Shown here piece by piece: positions 1 through 9,386 of a stretch of DNA of 56,602 bases. Under the pieces are notes generated by a model that saw only the letters and a program-made list of their open reading frames with translations, was not told the origin of the DNA and ran no database searches. Source of the stretch: Acidimicrobiales bacterium (GTDB lineage: Bacteria; Actinomycetota; Acidimicrobiia; Acidimicrobiales; RAAP-2); NCBI GenBank assembly GCA_030043315.1, contig JASHYA010000322.1, positions 1-56,602 on the forward strand, in the 5' to 3' direction. Each line of letters begins with the position of its first letter. Positions within the stretch are counted from its first letter, which is position 1. The translations under genes and the position numbers were made by a program.

Positions 1-552
1 GAGCCCCTTCTTCCCGCTCGTCTTCGGCCGCACGGTCGACAACCCCCGGGAGGCGAGGACGTCGACGAGGACGCCTGCGACGACGCAGCACTCGACGATC
101 GTCGCCGGCGGGCCGGGATCGAGGTCGAACACCATCTCGTCGAACCGTCCGTACTCGCCCGGCCGCCGGCTCCGCCAGAGCGGCACGTGCAGCTCCAACG
201 CCGCGAGGTTGGCGGCCCACACGAGCGACGGGAGGTCGGCGATCGCCGGGGCGTGGATCGGCGGTTGGTCCGAGTGGCTCGAGTGCGGGACGTCGATTGC
301 CCGGACCCATCCGGGCGCGCCCCGCGGGACGCGCTTTTCGAAGAACGACCCGCCGTCCACTCCGTCGGGGTAGCGGACGAAGGTGACCGGCCGGCCGTCG
401 AGGTGCGGCAGGAGCACCGGCGCGACGCGCACGTAGTAGTCGATGACGTCGGCCTTCGTGAAGCCGGTGTCGGGGTACAGGACCTTGTCGAGGTTGGTGA
501 GGGTCAGGCGGCGGCCCTCCACCTCGGTCACCGTCTGGGTCTCAGGGCTCAC
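1..552 (-). CDS. NHEJ polymerase/primase domain protein (LigD PolDom type); 3' end lies beyond the window edge
   Basis: Absent from the ORF track because it runs off the edge. My reverse-strand translation from GTG at 552 reads VSPETQTVTEVEGRRLTLTNLDKVLYPDTGFTKADVIDYYVRVA ... VLASRGLSTVRPKTSGKKGL, which is typical of the LigD polymerase domain. It starts 21 nt downstream of the ligase gene. Confidence 0.8.
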   Translation of the reverse strand, partial: MSPETQTVTEVEGRRLTLTNLDKVLYPDTGFTKADVIDYYVRVAPVLLPHLDGRPVTFVRYPDGVDGGSFFEKRVPRGAPGWVRAIDVPHSSHSDQPPIHAPAIADLPSLVWAANLAALELHVPLWRSRRPGEYGRFDEMVFDLDPGPPATIVECCVVAGVLVDVLASRGLSTVRPKTSGKKGL

Positions 553-573
553 GGACGCCTCCGTCTTCGGGCT

Positions 574-1950
574 TCAGGTCTCACGGACCACGTCGGAGGG
601 TGCCACGTCGCGGAGTCCGAGCCAGGCGGCTTGGCGCAGCCGGCCCGCACGCGTCCACTCGCTGAAGCGCACCTCGCCCACGAGCTCGGGCTCCACCCAC
701 GTCGCGTCCGCGGCGTCGGTGGACGGCACCGACCCCGCGAAGGGCGGGACCGCACGGCGGAGGGGTTGCAGGCGGGAGAGGAGCTCGGTGATGGCCTGCT
801 CGCTGAAGCCGGTCCCCACCTTGCCCGCGTACACGAGCCCCTCGGGACCGGGGATCCCCACGAGCAACGCGCCGAAGCCGGACCGCGAACCCTTCGGCTG
901 CGTGTAGCCACCGATCACGACGCTCTGGGTGCGCTGCAGCTTCACTTTCACCCAGTCGCCGCTCCGCTGGCCGGGGCGGTACGGGCTGTCGGCGCGCTTG
1001 GCGACGACGCCTTCGAGGCCAGCACCCTTGGCGGCCTCCAGGAGGTCGGCGCCCGGACCCTCGTGCGAGGCCGGGACCGTCCAGTGATCGCCTCCGAGCC
1101 CGAGGCCGTCGAGGAGCCGGCGCCGCTCGACGTAGGGAAGGGCGAGCGTCGACGCGCCGTCGAGATGGAGCAGGTCGAACACCATGTAGGTGACCGGAAC
1201 CGTTGCGGCCAGCCGGCGGGCGCGCGCCGCGTCGTCCACGAGCATGCGCGGCTGGAGCGCCTCGAAGCTCGGCCGGCCCGCCGCGTCGAGGGCGATGATC
1301 TCGCCATCGAGCACCAGCTGACGCGAGCCGAGGGCGTCGCCGAGCGCGCGGATCTCCGGGTAGGCGGCGGTCCGGTCGTGCTCGGCCCGTGAGACGAGGC
1401 GGACGCGCCCCCCCTCGACGTAGGTGATCGTCCGGACGCCGTCCCACTTGAACTCGTAGCGCCACTGCCTCCCCCGCTCCGCGGGCAGCTCGCCTGCGAC
1501 GGCGAGCATGGGCAGCACGAGCTCGGGGACGGGTTGCCATCCCTCGGGCGCGGGGTCCTCCCGGTGGATCATCCAGTTGTCGCCCTTGGTCTTGAACAGG
1601 ACGTAGCGCGCGTCGACCCGCTCGCCGTGGAGGTGGAACTTCACCTCCCGGTCCGTCCACTTCGTCGACTCGTAGGTCCCCTTGTCCCAGATCGCGACCT
1701 CTCCCGCGCCGTACTCGCCCTTCGGGATGGTCCCCTGGAAGGAGCCGTACTCGAGCGGGTGATCCTCCACGTGCACCGCGAGGTGGTTCGTGGCCTTGTC
1801 CGTCGGGAGGCCCTTCGGCACGGCCCACGACACGTAGACCCCGTCTCGCTCGAGCCGCAGGTCCCAGTGGAGCCGCCGGGCGTGGTGCTCCTGGATCACG
1901 AACGTCGGCGCCCCACGCCGACCCCGGAGGCGCGCGCCGGCGGCCGGCAC
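574..1950 (-). CDS. ligD: ATP-dependent DNA ligase LigD (3'-phosphoesterase plus ligase domains)
   Basis: 458-aa ORF. The N-terminal PE domain reads FVIQEHHARRLHWDLRLE...HPLEYGSF. Adenylation motif I is EFKWDGVR, followed by an OB-fold tail. GTG start; ku lies nearby. Confidence 0.9.
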   Translation of the reverse strand: MPAAGARLRGRRGAPTFVIQEHHARRLHWDLRLERDGVYVSWAVPKGLPTDKATNHLAVHVEDHPLEYGSFQGTIPKGEYGAGEVAIWDKGTYESTKWTDREVKFHLHGERVDARYVLFKTKGDNWMIHREDPAPEGWQPVPELVLPMLAVAGELPAERGRQWRYEFKWDGVRTITYVEGGRVRLVSRAEHDRTAAYPEIRALGDALGSRQLVLDGEIIALDAAGRPSFEALQPRMLVDDAARARRLAATVPVTYMVFDLLHLDGASTLALPYVERRRLLDGLGLGGDHWTVPASHEGPGADLLEAAKGAGLEGVVAKRADSPYRPGQRSGDWVKVKLQRTQSVVIGGYTQPKGSRSGFGALLVGIPGPEGLVYAGKVGTGFSEQAITELLSRLQPLRRAVPPFAGSVPSTDAADATWVEPELVGEVRFSEWTRAGRLRQAAWLGLRDVAPSDVVRET

Positions 1951-2013
1951 GGGCTCAGGGGTGCGCGCCGGGTCACGCTTCGAACGGTACGAATCGAGCG
2001 GCGTCTGCCCAGG

Positions 2014-2451
2014 CTATGCGAGCCGGGCAGCCGCGGCCTGCGCCACGTCGTCCGGCGCGGCGGCACACGCGCGCGCCGCCCGGGAGAGGAGGTCCCGCAG
2101 GTACTCGGCCAGACCGAGCGCGGCCGTCCGCGGGTCGCCCGCCACGAGCGGGACCGGCTCGCTCAGCGGGTCGAGGCCGGAGACCGCGAGGACGGCACCC
2201 CGGAGCGACTGCATGGCGGCCACCAGGCCGGCGATCCCGGCGTCGTGGCGCTCCATGCAGACCGAGAGCGCGAGGGGGAGCACGAGGGGAGCTGCGTCGA
2301 GCACCTCGTCGGTCGCTTCCGCGAGCACCGCCGCGACCTCGGCAGCGACCAGTCCTTCGGAGACCCCATCCTCCGCGGCCTCCGCGGTGGCGTCCGCGGC
2401 CTCGTCCACCCCGCCGGGGCGACTCCGTCCCTCGTCGGGGCGTGTGCCCAT
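2014..2451 (-). CDS. hypothetical acidic, Ala-rich protein
   Basis: ORF 2014..2568 trimmed to the internal ATG (MGTRPDEG...). The predicted sequence is helical and acidic with no recognisable family. It sits between ligD and ku. Confidence 0.3.
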   Translation of the reverse strand: MGTRPDEGRSRPGGVDEAADATAEAAEDGVSEGLVAAEVAAVLAEATDEVLDAAPLVLPLALSVCMERHDAGIAGLVAAMQSLRGAVLAVSGLDPLSEPVPLVAGDPRTAALGLAEYLRDLLSRAARACAAAPDDVAQAAAARLA

Positions 2452-2654
2452 CACGAGGGTCAGGTGACGTGGCCTGGTCCGTCCCACGCCCCAAGCATCG
2501 CAAGCGGGTGTGACACGGTGGTGGATGGGGGCACGCCGCCGGGCCTGGACGGCCGCCGTGGCGGCCACCCAAGAGAGCGCAGGTGACCCCCGTCCTGGTC
2601 AGGGGTATCGGATTGCTGCTTCAATTGCGAGGTCGGACGAGGAAAGGGGCGGTG

Positions 2655-3611
2655 ATGGCCAGAGCCGTCTGGACCGGGTCGCTCAGCTTCGGCCTGGTGA
2701 ACGTGCCCGTGGCGCTCTTCACCGCCACCGAGGAGAAGTCGATCCACTTCAACCAGTTCCAGGCGGGCACCTCCGACCGGGTCCGGAACAAGCGCGTGAA
2801 CGAACGCACCGGTGAGGAGGTCCCCTACCAGGACATCGCCAAGGGGTACGACCTGGGCGGCGGCGAGTTCGTGCTCCTCAGCCCCGACGAGATCGCCTCG
2901 GTCGCCCCCGGCCGATCGAAGACCATCGACGTCTCCGCCTTCGTGGACCTGGCCGAGATCGACCCGGTCTACTTCGACCGGACCTACTACCTCGCACCGC
3001 CCGCAAAGGGGGCCGGCTCGGGCGGGGAACGTGCCTACGCGCTGCTGCGGGAGGCGATGTTGCGCGCGAACAAGGTGGCGCTCGCCACCTTCGTCCTCCG
3101 CGAGAAGCAGTACCTGGTCGCCGTCCGCCCGCGTGCCGACGTCCTCGTCGTCGAGACCCTCCTCTACGCCGACGAGGTGCGGAACCCGGTCACGGAGATC
3201 GACTCGCTGCCGGTGGGGACGGACGGGTCGCCTCGCGAGCTCGAGATGGCGACGATGCTCATCGACTCGATGACGACCGAGTGGGACCCCGAGCAGTTCC
3301 ACGACACCTACCGTGAGAGGCTCGAGGAGCTCATCGAGCAGAAGCGGTCGGGCGCGACGCTGGCCGTCGAGCCCCAGGAGCCCGAAGGTGCACCCGTCGT
3401 CGACCTCCTCCAGGCGCTCGAGGCGAGCCTGCGGGCCACGCGCGGCCAGGCGCCGTCTTCGTCGGGTGCGTCCCGTTCGTCCAGTTCGTCCGGCCGCCCC
3501 GCGGCCGCGAAGAAGGCGGCGAAGCTGCCGGGTGACGGAAAGAAGGCGGCTCCGGCCAAGAAGCGCGCGCCGCAGAAGCGGGCCGCAACGGCTCGGCGAA
3601 AGGCTTCCTGA
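2655..3611 (+). CDS. ku: Ku DNA end-binding protein with a Lys/Ala-rich basic tail
   Basis: MARAVWTGSLSFGLVNVPVALFTAT... is the canonical bacterial Ku N-terminus. The ATG at 2655 is preceded by GAGGAAAGGGG. The C-terminal tail is PAAAKKAAK...KKRAPQKR. Confidence 0.92.
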   Translation: MARAVWTGSLSFGLVNVPVALFTATEEKSIHFNQFQAGTSDRVRNKRVNERTGEEVPYQDIAKGYDLGGGEFVLLSPDEIASVAPGRSKTIDVSAFVDLAEIDPVYFDRTYYLAPPAKGAGSGGERAYALLREAMLRANKVALATFVLREKQYLVAVRPRADVLVVETLLYADEVRNPVTEIDSLPVGTDGSPRELEMATMLIDSMTTEWDPEQFHDTYRERLEELIEQKRSGATLAVEPQEPEGAPVVDLLQALEASLRATRGQAPSSSGASRSSSSSGRPAAAKKAAKLPGDGKKAAPAKKRAPQKRAATARRKAS

Positions 3612-3691
3612 GCCCTCCCGTTCATCTCGCCGATCGCCACCCACCGGTTCGGCGACAGAGGTACTCCCGATCTGTTGCCCCGGGGAGCCGG

Positions 3692-5809
3692 TCACGTGGC
3701 GGCGCTCGTCCTCTGCGCCTCCTCCTGGCCGCTCGGCTCCTTTCCCTGGAGCCGGCGCAGCTCGGTGATGGGGATGTGGCAGCGCATCATGTGGTCGGGT
3801 TCCACCTCGACAAGGGGAGGCTCGCTCGACTCGCAGACGCCGCTCGAGAGGCGACGGGGGCAGCGAGTATGGAACACGCAGCCGGCGGGAGGGTGTGCCG
3901 CGCTCGGGAGCTCACCCTCGAGCTTCACCCGCTCGCCTTGTACGCCATCGAGGTTCGGCAGTGCCGACAAGAGCCCCTCGGTGTACGGGTGGTGCGGCCC
4001 TGCGAAGACCGTTTCGGCCGGACCGTACTCCATCACTTTGCCGAGATAGAGCACGGCGATGCGGTCCGACAGGTAGCGCACGACGCCGAGGTCGTGGGAG
4101 ATGAACACGTACGTCACCCGCTCACGACTCTGCAGGTCGGCGAGCAAGTTCAAGATGGCCGCCTGCACGGACACGTCGAGCGCGGAGGTCGGCTCGTCGC
4201 AGACGAGCACTCGCGGGGATCCCGCGAAGGCGCGCGCGATGGCGACGCGCTGCTTGAGCCCACCCGACAGGTGGCGCGGCCGTAGCGCCAGGTGGCTCTC
4301 CTCCAGGCGCACCGAGCGGACGACCTCGACAAGGCGGGTCTCGCATGCGTCGCCCGACAGCCCGGCAAGCTTGCGAAGCGCCCTCGTCACGATGTGGCGC
4401 ACACTGTGGCGCCGGTTGAGCGCGGAGTCCGGGTTCTGGAAGATGATCTGGATCGCCTGCAGCTGCTCACGGTCGCGCTCGGAGCACCTCCCCGCGAGCG
4501 GCAGACCGTCGAGCTCGATCACCGACCCTTCGTCTGGCGGCGTGAGGCCGAGCAGGACGCGTGCAAGCGTGCTCTTGCCGCAGCCGGACTCTCCAACGAG
4601 TCCAAGCGTCTCTCCGAGCCGGAGGTCGAGGTCGATGTCGCTCACGGCCCGCACGCTCTCGCCGCGCACCTTGAAGGTCTTCGACACGCCCCTCAACCGG
4701 ATGACGGGCGCCTCGGCGCGATCCAGCTCGCCCGATTCGGGCAGCTGCACGTCCGCAGGGGTGGACCGAGGGACCCGAGGCGCGTCCTCGTGGTAGTGGC
4801 AGCGTGAGGAGCGAAGCGGAGTGACCTCGTACATGGGAGGGGCCTCACTCACGCAGCGTTCGTCGGCGAGCGAGCAACGCTGCGCGAAGACGCAGCCGCG
4901 GGGCACTTGTCCCGGACCCGGCAGGAAGCCGGGGATGGTGTCGAGGCGGCCATGGTCCTTGCGTTGGCCACGCTGCGGCACGCAGCGCAGAAGGCCCACC
5001 GTGTAGGGGTGCCTCGGGTCCTCGAAGACCTGCTCGGCCGGACCCTCCTCCACGAGCTCCCCTGCGTACATGACCCCCACCCGGTCGCACATCTTGGCGA
5101 TGACCGCCAGGTTGTGGCTGATGAAGAGCACCGCGGTCTGGAACTCCTGGCGCAGCAAGGCCACGAGATCGAGCACCTCCGCCTCGACGGTGGCATCGAG
5201 GGCGGTCGTCGGCTCGTCGAGGATGAGGAGTGACGGTTCGGAGGCGAGCGCCATGGCGATGATGACGCGTTGCTGCATGCCGCCAGAGAGCTGGTGAGGG
5301 TAGCGGCGCATCACCAGGCCGGGATCGGATATCTGCACGTTGCGCAGCATCGCCTCGGCCCGCTCGAGCGCCTCTGCCCTCTTCAATCCGATGATCTCGT
5401 AGACCTCGGAGAGCTGGCGCCCGATCCGGATCGACGGGTTCAGCGCCTTCATCGGCTCCTGGTAGACCATCGACACTGTGCGGGCACGAAGCCGGCGGAG
5501 CGACGCCTTGTCCATAGAGGTGAGGTCGTGGCCGTTCACCTTGACCCCTCCCGAGCTGATACGGCCGTTACTCGGGAGGTAGCGAGTGACGGCGAGCGCG
5601 GTCGTCGACTTCCCGCACCCGGACTCGCCGACGAGTCCAAAGGACTCCTGGCGACCGATCTCGAACGAGACGTCGCGCACCGCGAGGCGCTCGCGGTCAC
5701 GCACCCGGTAGCTGACGTCGAGGTGGTTCACCTCGAGCACCTTCGCCCGCTCGTCGGGCGGATGCTCGTGGGGCAGGCGGGCGCTTGTGCTCACGAGGCT
5801 GCGGTTCAT
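3692..5809 (-). CDS. ABC transporter ATP-binding protein, fused double NBD (DppD/DppF oligopeptide type)
   Basis: Two Walker A motifs (GESGCGKST twice) and two signature motifs (LSGGMQQR, LSGGLKQR). Oligopeptide-type C-terminal Cys motifs are present. The ATG at 5809 overlaps the permease stop (ATGA). ORF 3692..6559 is an artefactual upstream extension. Confidence 0.9.
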   Translation of the reverse strand: MNRSLVSTSARLPHEHPPDERAKVLEVNHLDVSYRVRDRERLAVRDVSFEIGRQESFGLVGESGCGKSTTALAVTRYLPSNGRISSGGVKVNGHDLTSMDKASLRRLRARTVSMVYQEPMKALNPSIRIGRQLSEVYEIIGLKRAEALERAEAMLRNVQISDPGLVMRRYPHQLSGGMQQRVIIAMALASEPSLLILDEPTTALDATVEAEVLDLVALLRQEFQTAVLFISHNLAVIAKMCDRVGVMYAGELVEEGPAEQVFEDPRHPYTVGLLRCVPQRGQRKDHGRLDTIPGFLPGPGQVPRGCVFAQRCSLADERCVSEAPPMYEVTPLRSSRCHYHEDAPRVPRSTPADVQLPESGELDRAEAPVIRLRGVSKTFKVRGESVRAVSDIDLDLRLGETLGLVGESGCGKSTLARVLLGLTPPDEGSVIELDGLPLAGRCSERDREQLQAIQIIFQNPDSALNRRHSVRHIVTRALRKLAGLSGDACETRLVEVVRSVRLEESHLALRPRHLSGGLKQRVAIARAFAGSPRVLVCDEPTSALDVSVQAAILNLLADLQSRERVTYVFISHDLGVVRYLSDRIAVLYLGKVMEYGPAETVFAGPHHPYTEGLLSALPNLDGVQGERVKLEGELPSAAHPPAGCVFHTRCPRRLSSGVCESSEPPLVEVEPDHMMRCHIPITELRRLQGKEPSGQEEAQRTSAAT

Positions 5810-6780
5810 TGGAGAAGTGCCGCCTCCATCGAGTCCCCGACGAGGTTGATCGCCACCACGAGCGAGGCGATGGCGAGCGCGGGGAAGAGCGTCTGCCACC
5901 AGTACCCCGCGGCGAGGTACTGGTAATTGCTGGCAACTGTCGCCCCCCAGTCGGGGGTCGGGGGCTGAACCCCGAAGCCCAGGAACGAAAGCGTCGCGAT
6001 GGTGAAGATGGCGTAACCGAGGCGGACGGTGAACTCGACGATGATCGGCCCGAGCACGTTCGGCAGGACCTCGACGAACATGATGTGGAAAGCATTCTCG
6101 TTGCGCAGCCGTGCGGCCGCGATGTAGTCGAGCTCGCGCTCCTGCAGCACGGCGGTGCGGACGGTCCTCGCGATGATGAAAGCGAACGTGAAGCCGATGA
6201 CAATGACAAGCGTGAGGGTGTTCGCGCCAACCGCAACGATGAAGAGGAACGCGACGATCACCGTTGGGAGCGCAAGCAGGGCGTCCACCAACCTGCCGAC
6301 GAGCATGTCGAAGGCGCCTCGGAAGTAGCCCTGGGCGAGGCCGATCGCCGTGCCGACCGCGGTGCCGACGAGCGTGGCGAGGGGAGCGATCTCGAGGATG
6401 TCGCGGGCTCCGACGATCACCCGCGAGAAGACGTCGCGCCCGAGCGAGTCGGTGCCGAACCAGTGCGCCGCGGACGGTGCAGCGTTGACGTTCAGCAGGC
6501 TCTGCGAGAGGGGGTTGTAGGGGACGAACAACGTCCCGAAGATGGCGCAAACGATCCACCAGAGAAGGATGAGCGCGCCGACGATGAAGGCCTTCGAGTG
6601 AACGAGCTGCCGGAGCTGCTCAGCACGGATACGCCTCGGCGACAGGTCTTGGGCTCCGGAGGAGCTCACCACCACGAATGGGGCCCGATCGAGGACGTCG
6701 GTCATGGCGCCGGCTTCGACGGACGCGCTCTCCGCCTTGGCGCCGACCAGCGCAGCCGTGAGATCGCTGTCCGCTGTCAT
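5806..6780 (-). CDS. ABC transporter permease (DppC/OppC type)
   Basis: Multi-TM protein of the BPD-transport family. It carries a GTDSLGRDVFSRV motif. The ATG at 6780 overlaps the upstream permease stop (ATGA). Confidence 0.85.
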   Translation of the reverse strand: MTADSDLTAALVGAKAESASVEAGAMTDVLDRAPFVVVSSSGAQDLSPRRIRAEQLRQLVHSKAFIVGALILLWWIVCAIFGTLFVPYNPLSQSLLNVNAAPSAAHWFGTDSLGRDVFSRVIVGARDILEIAPLATLVGTAVGTAIGLAQGYFRGAFDMLVGRLVDALLALPTVIVAFLFIVAVGANTLTLVIVIGFTFAFIIARTVRTAVLQERELDYIAAARLRNENAFHIMFVEVLPNVLGPIIVEFTVRLGYAIFTIATLSFLGFGVQPPTPDWGATVASNYQYLAAGYWWQTLFPALAIASLVVAINLVGDSMEAALLQ

Positions 6781-7730
6781 TCCTCGCTGCCAAGACGAAT
6801 GCGTGGGTTGAGCACGGTGTACAGAATGTCGGCGAGCAGGGTGGCGAGCAGGTACACGATGCCGATGAAGAGGACTCCTGCCTCGAGCATGGGGAAGTCC
6901 TTGAAATCCGCTGCGGTGAGGATCAGCCTCCCGATGCCCGGATAGTTGAAGAGGTTCTCGATCACGACAAGTCCGCCTATGAGATAGCCGGTCTGCGTGG
7001 CGATCACGGTGATGGTCGGAAGCAGGGAGTTGCGTAGCACGTGGCGGGAGATCACGCGCCAACGGGGGAGCCCGTTCAAGGTTGCCGTGCGGACGTAGTC
7101 AGAGTCGAGGACTTCGATCGTGCCCGCCCGTGCCATGCGCGCGATGTACCCGAAGAGAATCAGGACGAGTGGCACGGCCGGCAGGATGAGGTAGCGCAAC
7201 TGCGTGAAGAACGGCGAGCCTGGCGGAGCCTGGGCCGTGACGGGTAGCACCTTGAGGGCGATGCCGAAGATGACGATGAGAACGATGCCAGAGACGAATG
7301 TCGGCACCGTCGTAAACGACAGGCCGCCCACGCTGATGATCTTGTCGATGGCACGGCCTCTGTTCAGCGCAGCGACAACGCCGCCGAGAATGCTGAGCGG
7401 GACGACGATGACGAAGGCGAAGAGCGCGAGCTTGGCCGAGCGTCCGAGCGCCGGGAAGAGAAACGAGCTCACCGGCGCGTGGTACTCCCAGGACGTCCCG
7501 AGGTTGCCGTGGATGATGCCCGACACCCAGCTCCAGTACTGGACGAGGAGCGGTCGGGTCACCCCGAGCTTGCGGTTGAGCGCCAGCACGGCCGACTCCG
7601 GGGCGTAGTGCCCGAGGATGGCGCGACCAGGGTTGCCCGGGAGCACCTGCCCAGCCAGGAAGATGATCATGCTGAGCAGCACGAGCGTCAAAACCGTGAG
7701 CCCAAGACGCTTCAGGAGGTGTGGCCACAT
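6777..7730 (-). CDS. ABC transporter permease (DppB/OppB type)
   Basis: MWPHLLKRLGLTVLTLVLLSMIIFL... is the canonical DppB N-terminus. The ATG at 7730 is preceded by GGGAGCAGGAG. Confidence 0.88.
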   Translation of the reverse strand: MWPHLLKRLGLTVLTLVLLSMIIFLAGQVLPGNPGRAILGHYAPESAVLALNRKLGVTRPLLVQYWSWVSGIIHGNLGTSWEYHAPVSSFLFPALGRSAKLALFAFVIVVPLSILGGVVAALNRGRAIDKIISVGGLSFTTVPTFVSGIVLIVIFGIALKVLPVTAQAPPGSPFFTQLRYLILPAVPLVLILFGYIARMARAGTIEVLDSDYVRTATLNGLPRWRVISRHVLRNSLLPTITVIATQTGYLIGGLVVIENLFNYPGIGRLILTAADFKDFPMLEAGVLFIGIVYLLATLLADILYTVLNPRIRLGSEE

Positions 7731-7944
7731 CTCCTGCTCCCTTGCTTTGGGACAGGTAATGAACCTGGCTTGTTGCGGGCCGCACCATAGCAAACGTGCG
7801 CGCTTTGCGGCTGGGCGGTCTGTCCTGCGGTCGTCCCGGCGATGCCGACGAGAGTGACGTCCGGGTCGAGGGCGAGCCCGAAGATCGCATGGACGGCGGC
7901 CACGCCGAGAGCGTAGGTAGGAGACGGGCGGACCGTGCCGACCG

Positions 7945-9183
7945 TCAACGTCCGATCGGCACGGTCCGCGAGATCTCCTCGCCCTCGCCCAACTCGAGGT
8001 GCAGCCGGTCACCGGCGTAGGGATGACTCGCGACCACCTCGTCGTCGAGCTCCACACCGAGACCGGGTGACTCGGGCGTGAGCAGGAAGCCGTCTTCGAC
8101 CACCAGTGGCTTCTTCAGGATCTCGGCGTGGAACCCGCCCATCCGCTCGATGCTCTCCTGGATGAGGAAGTTCGGCGTGCTCAGCCCAAGGTGGATGTTC
8201 GCTGCCGCCTCCACCGGCCCGGCGTAGAAGTGCGGGGCGATGTCGACGTAGTAGGCCTCGGCGGCGTGCGCCACCTTCTTCGCCTCGAGCAGCCCGCCGA
8301 CCCTACCGACCGCCATCTGGAGGATGGCCGCCGCCCGCCACTCGAGCACCCGGGCGAACTCGTACTTCGTGGCGAGCCGCTCGCCCGTCGCGATCGGGAT
8401 CGAGGTGGCGCGAGCGACGAGCGCCATCTGCTCGGGCATTTCGGGCGGCGTCGGCTCCTCGAGCCAGAGCGGGTCGTACTGCTCGATCGTCCTGGCGAAC
8501 CGGATGGCGCTCGACGGCGTCATCTGGCCGTGAGTGCCGACGAGCAGGTCCACCGAGGTCCCGACGGCCTCACGGATGCTCGCCACGTAGTCCGAGGCGG
8601 CCTTCAACGTCGAAGCCGTGAGCTGGCGGGGGTCGAGGGACGAGTAGGTGACAACCGGATCGAACTTGATGGCCGTGAAGCCCTCGCGGACGTAGTCGGC
8701 CGCCCGCTCGGCTCCGAGGACGGGGTCGGTGTAGACCGAATTGTCGGCGCCGGGCGCCGGGTGGATGTTGTCGGCGCCGGGCGCCGGGTAGATGTAGGTG
8801 TACGCCCGGAGCGCCTCTCGCACCCTGCCGCCGAGGAGCCGGTAGACCGGTTGGTCGAGCTCCTTTCCGATGACGTCCCAACAGGCGGTCTCGAGACCTG
8901 ACAGGATCGCCACGACCGAGGTATCCGGCCGCTGCGTGTAGCCGCGGGAGTAGACCGATCGCCACAGCCGTTCGACGTCGAAGGGATCGGCTCCGACGAG
9001 CGAACGGTCAGCGACATCGGCCACCAAGCGACCCACGGCCTGCGGGAGAAACGGAGGGGCGTAGACCTCCCCGATGCCGGTGACGCCGTGGTCCGTCGTG
9101 ACTCGCACGAAGATCCAGAAGTTGCCGCCATAGTGTGGCGGCGGCGTCCCCACGACGATGGTTTCGACGTCTGCGATGCGCAC
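7945..9183 (-). CDS. enolase-superfamily enzyme (mandelate racemase/muconate lactonizing family, acid-sugar dehydratase-like)
   Basis: MRIADVETIVVGTP...GIGEVY capping domain. Barrel motifs are IKFDP, LWLEEP and ATGERL. GTG start with an AGGAG SD. Contains a 27-bp in-frame tandem duplication. Confidence 0.85.
   Translation of the reverse strand: MRIADVETIVVGTPPPHYGGNFWIFVRVTTDHGVTGIGEVYAPPFLPQAVGRLVADVADRSLVGADPFDVERLWRSVYSRGYTQRPDTSVVAILSGLETACWDVIGKELDQPVYRLLGGRVREALRAYTYIYPAPGADNIHPAPGADNSVYTDPVLGAERAADYVREGFTAIKFDPVVTYSSLDPRQLTASTLKAASDYVASIREAVGTSVDLLVGTHGQMTPSSAIRFARTIEQYDPLWLEEPTPPEMPEQMALVARATSIPIATGERLATKYEFARVLEWRAAAILQMAVGRVGGLLEAKKVAHAAEAYYVDIAPHFYAGPVEAAANIHLGLSTPNFLIQESIERMGGFHAEILKKPLVVEDGFLLTPESPGLGVELDDEVVASHPYAGDRLHLELGEGEEISRTVPIGR
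8741..8794. repeat. 27-bp tandem duplication, 2 copies with 1 mismatch, inside the enolase-family CDS
   Basis: ttgtcggcgccgggcgccgggtGgatg followed by ttgtcggcgccgggcgccgggtAgatg. It encodes IYPAPGADN followed by IHPAPGADN. Confidence 0.95.
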
Positions 9184-9386
9184 CGGTGTGGGCTCCTAGT
9201 CTCGGCGGAACGCTCGACCCGGCGCGGCGACCTCGACCGTCACCGCGATGTCGTGCCCGGACGACCTCCCGAACTCCAAAGACGCCTCTTGAACCTGCCC
9301 GGTGAGCCTATTGAATCGTCGGTCCGAGGAGGCGGAGGAGGGCGGGCGGGGCTCTGGGTACGTCGGTCGGCAGCACAGGACGTCGG

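Noticed and set aside
187-1392. 401-aa plus-strand ORF (and others nested at 443..907, 581..1828 and 948..1307) overlapping ligD
   Set aside because: Arg/Gly/Pro/Ala-rich shadow ORFs typical of the antisense or off frames of high-GC coding DNA. The minus-strand frame gives unmistakable LigD domains.
3627-3655. Hairpin TCGCCGA-(15 nt)-TCGGCGA after ku as a terminator
   Set aside because: Only a 7-bp stem with a large loop and no U-tract. Too weak to call.
3692-6559. Single 955-aa ORF suggesting a giant ATPase
   Set aside because: The N-terminal 250 aa are Arg/His-rich nonsense read through the permease gene in another frame. The real start is the ATG at 5809, in an ATGA overlap with the permease stop.
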